Assembly (NCBI GenBank): GCA_950097015.1
Contig: CATNEN010000003.1
Location: 3,100,001-3,164,000, forward strand
Origin: Macrostomum hystrix
Taxonomy: Eukaryota; Animalia; Platyhelminthes
Reading direction: 5' to 3'
Length of the DNA stretch: 64,000 nucleotides
Both the position numbers and the translations under genes were made by a program. Positions 48,823-62,100 of this stretch are shown here, in pieces; the stretch's first letter is position 1; each line of letters opens with the position of its first letter. The notes below the pieces were generated by a model. That model was given only the letters and a program-made list of their open reading frames with translations. It was not told where the DNA came from and did not search any database.

Positions 48823-49124
48823 CATACTAAGATCTGTCTTTTCAGACTTTGATGGCAAATTTATGCCAAATAAATGATCGCTTGCTGAACATTGATATCT
48901 AACATATTCCTATCAAACACGAGCATCTAACACTTTTCAGTCTAACAGATTCAAGTTTAAAGCACAACCATATGGACACCGGAAAAGCACCTTCTAAGAA
49001 TTTGTTTTGTAAAAAGTCAATTTTGGAAGCAAAAAAAGCAAAGCAAAACATATTTACTAGACATGCTAATTGTTCTTTCTGCTTGATAAAATGACAAGTA
49101 CTTATAGCCGAAGAAGCTGACCAA

Positions 49125-52100
49125 TCACAGCCCGATCTCGGCTGTAGTCTGGGTGGGCGCGCTGCCAGACGACGCAGATTGTTGAACTCCGCCACCCGGC
49201 AGCAGCGACTGCATTGGCGTTGTCTTCGACCTTCTGCGCGGCAGAGTGGATGCCGCGGCGGCGGCTGCCGCCGCTGCCGACGATGCAGAAATCGCCGAAG
49301 CAGCCGACGCGGTCGCCGAAGCGGTCGACGAGGAAGCCGCGACGCCAACTGGACAGCCGGCGGCCCGGAGGAACTCGGCGCAATCGGGCTTGCCAGCGGC
49401 GGAGGCGTAGAAATGAGCGTTTCGACCTTCGGCATCTCGGATGCTGACATCGGCGCCGTGCCACAGCAGCAGCTGAAGGTACACCAGCTGGCCCAGGGTG
49501 GCTGCGATGTGAATGGCTGCTCGAGGATCCTGCTTGGAATAGGGCTCGTTGACAGCCGAACCGGCAACGGCTAGACAGAGGATTACCTGTGTTATGGGAT
49601 TTGGGAGAATGGGATAATAATTCAGATGATAAAGTTAGGATTTAGATTAGGGATCAGAAGAAATTTAATTAAATTACTAATTAAAAACCTCCAAATGGTT
49701 TTTTACGAATCCCAAAATAAGGAAGTGACTTATTCAACTCAAAATTGTCAACTAAAAATTATTATACTCGTAGTTTGATATTCCAAAATGAGGAATTAAA
49801 CAGTATTTTTTTTAATTATTCTACTCGGGAGTCGGAAATCGAAGCCCCGACCTTTAAGTCGCGACGAAGTCTTACCTGTCTAGTATCAGACCGGGCAATG
49901 GCATCGATCAGCTGCTGCTGAACTGGACTGTCTCGGAACGGCAGGTCGGGCAGAAATTCTCGCCTCTCATATTTGGCCCGAATGAAAATCTCTTTAGCTT
50001 CGCGATCGGACTCGGGGCCAGGCTTGCGAAACGTGGCGTGGCAGGGCAGCCGGGCCTCCCAAACAGAATTGGCCAGCTTGTTGCCAATGGCTCGCATCAC
50101 CTGCAGATTATTCGAAGGCCAGTCGTCCAGCGTTAGGGATCGAATCCGGCTGAGGTGGGTGCCAAGCTGACGATGCACTCCGCTGCATTCGATGCAAACC
50201 AGAGCCCCGAGATTCAGACTGGCCCAGTCCGGCCCGGGCCTGCCGCAGTCGGCGCATTCCAAGTTGCCGAACACACCGCGAATCGAATTGCTGCCGCCGC
50301 CTCCGCCGCTGCCGGAGCTGCCGAGGCAGTTCAATGAGCCGCCGCCGGCGCCGTAGCCGCCGTAGGCTGATGGACCTTGGAGACTGCGCAGGATCGAGTG
50401 CTCGATGGCGCGGACCTGCGGTGTGTAAATGATTGTTACGAGTATAACCCAAGACTGTGAGTAGTGTATAAGACTCTGAGTAGTGTGGGACTGTGAGTAG
50501 CATGTGAGACTGTGAGTTGCGTGTGAGACTGCGAGTAGCATGTGAGACTGTGAGTAGTGTGTGAGACTGTGAGTAGAGTGAGACTGTGAATAGAGTGTGA
50601 CAACTGAGTAGCATGTGAGACTGTAAGTAGTGTGTGAGACTGTGAGTAGCATGTGAGACTGTGAGTAGTGTGTGAGACTGTGAGTAGAGCGAGACTGTGA
50701 ATAGAGTGTGACAACTGAGTAGTGTGTGAGACTGTGAGTAGAGTGAGAGACTGAGTAGTGTGTGAGACTGTGATTAGAGTGTGAGACTGAGTAGTGTGTG
50801 AGACTGTGAGTAGTGTGTGAGACTGTGAGTAGTGTGTGAGACTGTGAGTAGTGTGTGAGACTGTGATTAGAGTGTGAGACTGAGTAGTGTGTGAGACTGT
50901 GAGTAGTGTGTGAGACTGTGAGTAGTGTGTGAGACTGTGAGTAGTGTGTGAGACTGAGTAGTGTGTGAGACTGTGAGTAGTGTGTGAGACTGTGAGTAGT
51001 GTGTGAGACTGAGTAGTGTGTGAGACTGAGTAGTGTGTGAGACTGTGAGTAGTGTGTGAGACTGTGAGTAGTGTGCGAGTCTGTCTGTAAGTAGAGAATT
51101 AAACAGTGAAAAAAGGATAGTAGAGCAGGGAAGCATGAAATCGCTGCACAGCGCTTACCCATTCGTCTCGATCCTCCTGACTCGGTGCCTCAAAGTGCCA
51201 GGTTCTATTCTCAAGCGAGACAATCATAAACTCGTAGCCGTCCGATTCTTCAACATCTTGATCGACGCCACCGCCACCGCCGCCTCCTCCTCCTCCTCGA
51301 TTGCCGGATTTGGCGCGCCTATGACGACGCTTCTTGCTTCCGTCCTCTTGCTGTTGCTGCTGCTGCTGCTGATGATGATGCTGAGATTTGAGTAGGCCGT
51401 TAGAAGTCGGGCGCAGTTGACCGGGTATTTTCACGGTAGTCCTACTGAGATCAATGTCCTTGCCGTGGCTATTCTCCATGTAGTCGTGCAGATTGGGATG
51501 GTAAGTCAACTTGCCATCCTCAGACAAGGTGACATATTTTTTCTTCCACTCTCTGTTGAGCGCATTGACGGCCTTCTTATAGAGCGTGCCCTGTTTGACT
51601 GGGATGGCCCTGCCTGAGCCCAGTGTTGGCCCTGATGCGCCGCCGACACCTCGACTGCCGGATGGAAAGAATTTGCCAACAACACCAGCCTGAAGCATTG
51701 ACAACTGCTGGTTCTGCTGCTGTTGTTGCTGCTGCTGCTGCTGCTGTTGCAACGCCAGGGACGAGGCAGTTGGCGGAGGCGTATCCTCAGCTGGGGCCGA
51801 AGAGTCCTTTCTATTGAACAGATTAGATCTGCGCTTATTCTTACGATTCTGCGTAGGCGTAGCGTTCGGCGTGGCCTCCTTATCTGACTTCTCCTGTGGG
51901 CAAATTATAATAGGATGAATTAATTGTTCTACCGACAAAGCTTGGCCATTGTTATTGAAGGGTAAATATCTAAGAAATGACAACATTGATGGTGCATTGG
52001 GTTGGCTACTTCTACTAATAAATAAACGAGCACCGATTTGACGTTATACTCACTGAAGCCTGAGCAAAACTGCTCCGATCTTTTGCAGCCCGCTGTCCCA

Positions 52101-55100
52101 ACTGCTGCTGCTGCTGCTGCTGCATTGTTTGCATCGGTGGTGGCTGCGGCGGCGGCGGCAGCGGCAACTGTGGCGGGCTAAATGTTGGCACAGCAGCCGA
52201 TGCGTAATAAGCCGAAGAATATTCAGCCTGCTGCTGCTGCTGCTGCTGCTCGTCTGTCTTGTCCTTGATTAGGGGATTGCACAAAAAAACGAACAGATAA
52301 AAACTGATGTGCAATACTACTTAGAACTAGTAGCCTAGAATGCAAGCTACGCTCGTATATAGTGTGAACAATTAACGACAACAGACGGATTGGATAAACA
52401 ATAAGAAATAGGAAATTTATTGTCAATTTTCAAACGTGCCTACTGCTCACGCTGATAAGTAGTGAAGTGTGGATCGAAAAAATCGTTTTAAATGCTGAAA
52501 ACGAGTCAGTATTTTAATATTGCCCATTCGAGCTTTCGGAGCGCGTAGACACAGCTTTATAGGCAATAGGCTTTTAATTTGCCAATCTGACCACCTTGCT
52601 ATTGGAGAATAAGCTGTCTCGAATATAGCGCAATAACGGGGCCCGCTTTCTTGGATTAGGGAGCTGAGGCGGCGACGGCAGCGGCAGCAACTGTTGCTGG
52701 GTTCGCTTAGCAACCATTGTCAAGCAATCATAAACCTGATAAGTGTGCTCGACTGGTTCGTCAAGCGAGGCCACACCGTGAGGCAGAGAGCGCTGAGTTG
52801 ATAGCCGGTTGATAAGTGCAGGCACAGACACAGAGAAGCTGTTCGAAAACTGGTCACAAATTTGCGCAGAAGCATCAAAAAACATTTTTTACAACAATCA
52901 TAAAAATCTAATAAATGTGTAAGTGCAAAGCTAGACGTTAAAAATGTGCCAGATATCAAATTAGTTTCTAAGAAACTGAAGCTAGTTTTTTTGTTAAGAA
53001 TTAATCGTCCAAATTCTCGACTCACTCTTAGAAGACTGTCCGATTTTTTTACAGGCTTGCCAACGGGTAGCTGCTGCTGCTGCTGCTGCTGCATCAGATG
53101 CGGCGGAGTCATCATTGACTGATAAGCGACCGAAGTTGGCATTGAATTAGAAGGCATTGGCGGCTCGTAGTATTGACCGATGGGCTGTTAAAAGGGTTTT
53201 TATAAATAGCTGTTTGTTATAATTTTGTGAAGCATTTAACTAAAAAAATAAAGAAATTTAAATTCATACCAAACGTAAGCTGCTAAAAAATTACAATATA
53301 AATTGCATGCTTAAAAAATCACCTAATGATAAGTAGGAGTTTAGGTACAAACACTTCAGGGCGTCACACTGTATTAGATTCTCAATTAATTAGTCTACTA
53401 GAATTGATAATTTGCCAACAACCAGTCTACTAGAGAATCTACTTTACAGTCTACTAGAGAATCTACTTTACAGTCTACTAGAGAATCTACCCAACAGTCT
53501 ACTAGAGAGTCTACCCAACAGTCTACTAGAAAATCTACCCAACAGTCTACTAGAGAATCTACCCAACAGTCTACTAGAAAATCTACCCAACAGTCTACTA
53601 GAAAATCTACCCAACAGTCTACTCAAGAATCTACCCAACAGTCTACTCGAGAATGTCCCAAATATTCACTTCAATTAAAAAACGACATGTCAGCAATAAA
53701 ATGTCTAGTAGCTATAGCAGGCAACAAGTATGCAAGCCGGGCTTGTGTATATCAAATTGAAACTTTACAAAACAAATATATAGGCAAAGGCAAATTCTAT
53801 TACAGAAGCACTGTGTTGACGAATCGGTCTGCCTGTGCCGCAACCGCTGGCACTGTTGATACTATTCAAAGTGCCCGAGCTGGGCTTGCGTGACACTAGC
53901 GCAGGCTGCAGGCTGTGATGACTGCTGGTATCATCGCTTGGAGCCTTCGGTTGGCATTGTTTTATTGTCTTATTTGTTGTGCATATATGATTCGATGTGT
54001 CACAACAGGAATTTAAGGACGGGAGACTTTAAGAAAGGCTACGAAAAGTACCTTTATATGAGGGTGAAAAACTTAGAGGAGGTTGAAAGAATTCAGTTAC
54101 AGACTTCGCGGGGAGGTTTTAAGACTTCAGGGGAGGGTTAGAGACTTCAGAGGAGGGTTAGCGACTTCAGGGGAGGGTTACAGACTTCAGGGGAGGGTTA
54201 CAGACTTCAGGGGAGGGTTACAGACTTCTGGGGAGGGTTGGAGACTTCAGGGGAGGGTTAAAGACTTCAGGGGAGGGTTGGAGACTTTAGGGGAGGGTTA
54301 AAGACTTCAGGGGAGGGTTGGAGACTTCAGGGGAGGGTTGGAGACTTCAGGGGAGGGTTATAGACTTCAGGGGAGGGTTGGAGACTTCAGGGGAGGGTTA
54401 CAGACTTCAGGGGAGGGTTGGAGACTTCAGGGGAGGGTTACAGACTTCAGGAGAGAATTGGAGACTTCAGGAGAGAATTGGAGACTTCAGGGGAGGGTTA
54501 TAGACTTCAGGGGAGGGTTGGATACTTCAGGGAGGGATTGAGACTTCAGGGAATGGTTTAAGGCTTTAGTGGAAGTTTGAAGATTTCAGGTGAGGGCTGG
54601 AGACTTCAGGGGAGGGTTGGACTTTAGGGGATGGTTACAGGCTTCAACAGGGTGTTAAAAACAATTTAAGTGTAAACAGCAAAGTAAATATCTTTCAGTA
54701 GCGCAAGGAAAAAATAAAACAAAACTAAACTTAAATTATCTTGATGAAAAAGAGAATCTCACCTCAACACCACCACTTCCACCGCTGTAGTCGGCATATC
54801 CTAACGCTGTAGTCTGCTGCTGTTGCTGGTGATACTGCAGCTGCTGTGTAGGACTAGGGGCGTGGCCAACGGCGCCACCGCCAGAGAATCGACCGGAGGA
54901 CTTGCTTATCTAATTGGGGGGCGGGCGGGTAAAATTATTAACTGATTAGTGGATTTTTGCCTCATTAGATATACACTATCGAATAGCAAACTAGATTCTC
55001 TAGATTACACAATAGGGTCATAATGATATACAGAATGAATCGAGAACACTTCAAGTAATAACAACTCTAAGTATGCAGTCTTAATTGATTTGAAATTTAC

Positions 55101-56167
55101 TCGATCATGGCCTAGACAACGGGTGGGCAAACTTATGTGCCTCGTGCGTCAAGTGGGGAATCCAAGAGGACTAAAAAGTGGATCAGAAATTGACAAGGAA
55201 GAGAGAAGAAAGTGAAAGATGAGACTCGGGAGAGATGAGACACGGGAGAGATGAGACACGGGAGATGAGACTCGGGAGAGATGAGACACGGGAGAGATGA
55301 GACACGGGAGAGATGAGACTCGGGAGAGATGAGATAGCGAAGAGATGAGACACGGGAGAGATGAGACACGGGAGATGAGACTCGGGAGAGATGAGACACT
55401 GGAGAGATGAGACACGGGAGAGATGAGACACGGGAGAGATGAGACTCGGGAGAGAGGAGATAGCGAAGAGATGAGACACGGGAGAGATGAGACACTGGAG
55501 AGATGAGACACTGGAGAGATGAGACACTGGAGAGATGAGACACTGGAGAGATGAGACACTGGAGAGATGAGACACTGGAGAGATGAGACACTGGAGAGAT
55601 GAGACACAGCAGAGATGAGATCCTGGAGAGATGAGACACTGGAGAGATGAGACACGGGAGAGATGAGACACTGGAGAGATGAGACACTGGAGAGATGAGA
55701 TCCTGGAGAGATGAGACACAGCAGAGATGAGACACAGCAGAGATGAGACACAGCAGAGATGAGACCCTGGAGAGATGAGATCCTGGAGAGATGAGACACA
55801 GCAGAGATGAGACCCTGGAGAGATGAGATCCTGGAGAGATGAGACACGGCAGAGATGAGACACGGAAGAGATGAGACACGGAAGAGATGAGACACAGCAG
55901 AGATGAGACCCTGGAGAGATGAGACCCTGGAGAGATGAGACACTGGAGAGATGAGACACTGGAGAGATGAGACACAGCAGTGATGAGACCCTGGAGAGAT
56001 GAGACACTGGAGAGAACAGACAGGAGGATAGACACGGGAGAAAGATTTGAAGGTAACAGGGTTCGTTGTTTATCTACTTAAACGAATTGATATAAAAACT
56101 AAGTTTGGCTTACCTCTTTGCCAGGCGGCGGAACATTGTATAATCCGCCGCGCATCGCTAAAGACCC

Positions 56168-56198
<31 letters not shown>

Positions 56199-59100
56199 GA
56201 ACCGATTGGCTTCCTCATAGCCATTTGATTGGTAAAAATTCGATGACATGCTGCAGATGAAATCGATGGACTCAAAGTTAGCGACAATGGACTGAGAATG
56301 ATTTTTCTCTTCTTTCTGTCTAAACAGCTGCGCAAACTGACAGGTAACGTTTGACGAACACTATTAACGCGTCGTGGTCGACGAAGAAAATTGGTTAAAG
56401 TCCGCTTGCTAGTACTAGAAATACTTCGACAGCAACTGCTACTGCTGCTACTGCTGAAGCTATTAACAAAGGATTTCTTCGAGCAAGCAGATTTCGATAT
56501 TAACAAAGGAGGCGTGCATAACACCGGAGATAACAATTGCCTATTTACAATGCTATTATTTTTGTTATTATTACTAATACTATTGTGTACATTTTGTCGA
56601 TAGCACAGACGGGAAACAGTTGATGATCGAATTATAGATGGCAATCGTCGACACGAGGAACGATAATGCGATTCAAATTTAGTGTAGATCTGCGGATGCC
56701 GTTTCGGAGTATCTAACACTGTTAGATCTGTGACAACCATGGCGCTATTTGCTCTGTTTGGTTGCTTAAAGCTTTCAAGGTTTGTCCAACGATGTTAGCG
56801 AAGGTAAGGCAAGACTAGTTTCGTATTTATTAGGAACGTGAATGGACTGAAACTCAATTGGACGATGCGCAGACACCCACCCCAACTCCGCGTCACTAAC
56901 TCTTCTCTCATTGGCTGGCGTAAAACTGACTAGAGCTAAGTGTATAGTCAATCGTTTTTACTGACCTTAACCAATAAACCAATGACTTTGATGATAAGAA
57001 AATCTGAGCGATGTACATTAAACTCAATGAATGAATGCAAAGTTTGTAGTTAATGTACTTTAACCAAGTTGTACACATAAATTACCAATGTTTTTATTAC
57101 GAACTTATTTAAAGTCACACCCATACTGATAACCAATAATCATCAATTACACCTAATTAACTGCAGTTAGACTTCATGCCTTAGCAGGTAGACACCCTAT
57201 CTAACAGGTAGACACCCTTGTCTAACAGGTAGACACCCTGTCTAATAGATGAACACCCTGTCTAACAGATAACACCCTGTCTAGCAGGTAGACACCCTGT
57301 CTAACAGGTAGACACCCTGTCTAGCAGGTAGACACCCTGTCTAATAGATGAACACCCTGTCTAACAGATGAACACCCTGTCTAACAGATGAACACCCTAT
57401 CTAAAAGGTAGACACCCTGTCTAACAGATAGACACCCTGTCTTACAGGTAGACACCCTATCTAACAGGTAGACACCCTATCTAACAGGTAGACACCCTAT
57501 CTAACAGGTAGACACCCTATCTAACAGGTAGACACCCTATCTAACAGGTAGACACCCTATCTAACAGGTAGACACCCTATCTAACAGGTAGACACCCTCT
57601 CTAACAGGTAGACACCCTATCTAACAGGTAGACACCTTGTCTAACATGCCTAAACAGACAGACAGGAGTTTTACTGGACAAAGTTTGTTTCAGAATGTTC
57701 TGGATTAACAAAATATTATCATATACATACATTTTCAAACTATTATAGGTTGCATAAATAGGACAAGCCACAGGAGTCCAGTAAAACAGACAAGACTATT
57801 TGTTTTAGTTGCATTTAGTCTTAGAAAATGAATTATGCAATAACTCTACGAAACATTACAACAAATTTCTCAGTTCAAAGCCGACAAGTCTGTGACTTTA
57901 ACACCCCGTTTTAGTTGAGAATAATTAATAAATAAACAAGTAATTCCCTGCTATTTAAAATACTTCACACTATGTCACGTTGTTGTTTCTAAGCCACGTA
58001 AGCTCGAAAATAAGAGACACTGTAACTAATTCTCTTTGGTTAGTAACTAAGTTTATAGAGGTGACAATTATTTTATTATCGCTTCTCTCTTCCATTCAAA
58101 TTTATCCAGACACCTTCATCATAACTAATGTTTCTATACTTTACAACACCTAAAGATCATGCTTTATTGGGCTCTGTCGAACATGTAGTACCAACTTGTA
58201 TTAAATATACTGTAATTATTCCCTTTCCTAACTTTTTCTACCATTTGTACATCTATCAACTATCTGTAATTGTACAGCCCCAATTAAATCAGATGTAAAG
58301 CTATTGCGCGACGCATCTGAAGGCCGCTTACGGCTGTTCAGTCCGTGGACTGGGGGACGCCACACCTACCCTTAATTGCACCAGCTAATGCTGGCACCCA
58401 TTTAACAACCGAGTGAACTGAGTAAAATGGGGGATCATGGTCAACTGGGAGATCATTGTCAACTGGGGGATCATCATCAACTGGGGGATCATTGTCAACT
58501 GGGGGATCATTGTCAACTGGGGGTTCATTGTCAACTGGGGGTTCATTGTCAACTGGGGGATCATTGTCAACTGGGGGATCATTGTCACCTGGGTGATCAT
58601 CATCAACTGGGGGATCATTGTCAACTGGGGGTTCATTGTCAACTGGGGGATCATCATCAACTGGGGGATCATCATCAACTGGGGGATCATTGTCAACTGG
58701 GGGATCATCATCAACTGGGGGATCATTGTCAACTGGGGGATCATTGTCAACTGGGGGTTCATTGTCAACTGGGGGTTCATTGTCAACTGGGGGATCATTG
58801 TCAACTGGGGGATCATTGTCACCTGGGTGATCATCATCAATTGGGGGATCATTGTCAACTGGGGGATCATTGTCAACTGGGTGATCATTGTAGCTTAAAA
58901 AAGCTGAAAATACAGCTGCTAAAAAGTATATACAAGACGAATTAAATATATTTCTGCTCCCCGAAGGGGGGCAAAACATGCTAGTTGAACTGACTAAAAA
59001 TATACAATTAAAATACCGAAATACCATATGTAAAAAACATCGATTTTCCATTTTTCCATAAATCTGAAAACTAATTTTGCATTTGCTCGTACAATACCAC

Positions 59101-62100
59101 CAACACAATAACAAGCCGCTATAGCTCACCCTCCTGAAAGACTCTATCCACATTGTGACCATAGGTGGCGCAGGTCTCAAAATAGGCGCAACGCCGCAAA
59201 TCTTGAGCACATTTTCGCGTTCTAGGCTCGTCAATAACGCGTGGCCGCGATTCGCTGATTGAATCTACAAAGTAAGTTAAATTATAATGGTAAGAAACGT
59301 ATTTGCCTGCCTGCCTACTAAGAGTAGACTAGTAAGTAGACTAGGAGGATTTTTTGTAAAAAACGGAAAAGCTAACAAAAAATGAATAGGAATCAATCTC
59401 AGAGACGTACCCTGCGTGCCAACTAGCAGAAGGGGCACGTCGGCCAGATTTCTGTACTGAGACATTCTACCATAGAACTGGTAGACGGCGTCGAAGCTTT
59501 CAGCATTGTCCAACGCGAATACAAACAGGCAGGCGTCGCACCAGGCAGTAAACTGCTGATCTGGCGGGCGACCTTCGTCACGAATCAATAGTAGACTGCT
59601 GGCGCCGTCTACCAAGACTTCTTTTTTAAAGCGGCCACCTTTGGTGTTTGTTAAAATGTTTGTTTAGTCTTATATATTTTAAGCATTAAAAGCAATTAAT
59701 TAAAAACGTTATATTGTGACCTATAGTGACGTTATTAAAGTTGACATTTTCCTAGATAAGAAATTAATGATGACAGATAGATGAAAATGACAATTACTTC
59801 TAAACTTAGAATTAAGAACTAAGTCGGTGGTCCGGGGTTCGATTCCCGATTTATGTTCAATCAACTTATTTTTAGTTCAGTTTACCCAGCTCTTAAATGG
59901 GTACCAGCATTAGCTGGGGATAACTGAGGGTGGGTGTGGCGTCCCCCGTCACAGTCCATGGACTGAACAGCCGTACGCAGCCTTCCGATGCGCCGCGCAA
60001 TAGCTGCGGCTGTGCTGTCGGCTACACATCTGGCCCAGATGTTAATATTACAAAGTAGATAAATCTTTGGCAGTTAAAAAGCGAAAAGGTATTAAAAAAT
60101 AATAGGGCTACTGTTTTTTTGTAATTTGCATTTAGAAGTGGCTTACAATACAAGCTACATTTTTTGCCAGCGAAGAATAGACTAGAAGAATACTTTTTCG
60201 TGAAAGCAAAAATTGAAAATCAGAAACTCAAAAACCGTAATAGAATAGTTTTGTTGCTTCAAAGAGAGAAATTCTAGACAGATTTTAAAGCCATTAGAAA
60301 GCAGAAGGCAGGTACTAGTAGTAACAGGAGAGAGTAGAGATAGAAAGGCAGAAAACACGATGTTGCAAATAGTTTTCAAAGAATCCAAAATTCGTATACA
60401 CGATGCCATTTAAATGTACGCCAAAAATCTTATTCATGTTTATTTATAGAGCAGATAAAGTACTAGCAAATTAGGCACAAGAACAGATCGCTAACTATAG
60501 CCTTTCATAGCAAAACCACATTGCTAATTTAAGAGCCAATGATGAAACGCAACATATTTATTAGAATAAATTTAGTCCTACCACAAAATAAAATACAGTT
60601 TAGTCAAAATTCTAGATTTTGTTGCCTAATTTGCACAAGTCTAGGTGAAGCAACGTTGTACGTCGTACTCGTATAAACTTTAATAACCAACCAACCGCAA
60701 TAAACCTTAGATGCAAGCAAATAACTAGTTAGGTAATTGACATTTTTTAATTTCATATCCTGTGTTAGCTTTAGAATGACAGTTCAAACACAACAGTCTG
60801 TATGAGCGGATTCCTTGGCAGATTCTGTATTCACAGGAAACTGACTTCATTCTTAAGCGGTTTCCTTGGTAGATTCTGTATTTACAGGAAACTGACTTCA
60901 TTCTTAAGCGGATTCCTTGGCAGATTCTGTATTCACAGGAAACTGACTTCATTCTTAAGCGGTTTCCTTGGTAGATTCTGTATTTACAGGAAACTGACTT
61001 CATTCTTAAACGGATTCCTAGGTAGATTCTGTATTCACAGGAAACTGACTTCATTCTTAAGCGGATTCCTTGGTAGATTCTGTATTCACAGGAAACTGAC
61101 TTCATTCTTAAGCGGATTCCTTGGCAGATTCTGTATTCACAGGAAACTGACTTCATTCTTAAGCGGTTTCCTTGGTAGATTCTGTATTTACAGGAAACTG
61201 ACTTCATTCTTAAGCGGTTTCCTTGGTAGATTCTGTATTTACAGGAAACTGACTTCATTCTTAAGCGGATTCCTTGGTAGATTCTGTATTCACAGGAAAC
61301 TGACTTCATTCTTAAGCGGATTCTTTGGTAGATTCTGTATTTACTGGAAACTGACTTCATTCTTAAGCGGATTCCTTGGTAGATTCTGTATTTGATGAAA
61401 ACTGACTTGATACTTCCTGCACATTTTACGTCAGAAATTTTTCCTTTCAAAATTACGCACACAGTTTAAGGTAAATCTCAGTTTTATCAGTCACCAAATG
61501 CAAAAAACTATAAAAGAGTTTTACATAAAATTGTTACCAACGTGAGGCACATTTTATCACATACATTTTTATAATAGCTGAAGTGCATTTTACAATCGGT
61601 GTAGGAGAGTTTGAACGTCTGATTCAAGGTCAGGAGTTCGATTCTAGGCAGGATCTAGCCAGGCAGGATGATGAGAAATGAATGTGAAAGAGGAATGTGA
61701 AAAATGTAGGATAAGAATTATAGCCATGATTGGAATAACTATCCTAGTTATTGAGATAAATAATAAACAGACCTTCAGGTGACTCGTCCTGCATATAGGA
61801 TCCAGTCAGGTAGCGATGTACCAGAGCAGATTTGCCCGAATGAATCGAACCAACGACACCCTGTGATGAAGGGTGACAGATAAATCAAGCAAAAAGTTAG
61901 GATAATTTTAATCTGTTTAGTCAGAAATATGATTAAAGACAAGACAATAAAGTAAAGTAACAAAATCTTACCAGCTTTAGTTCAGGAACATTTCGACTCA
62001 GAGTCCATTCCTGGCTGTTAACGAATGAGTCTAAAATTTCAAGGTCAGCAATGTGAAACTTTAAATAGATTATCTAGAAAAAAGCAGTTCCCATATATTT

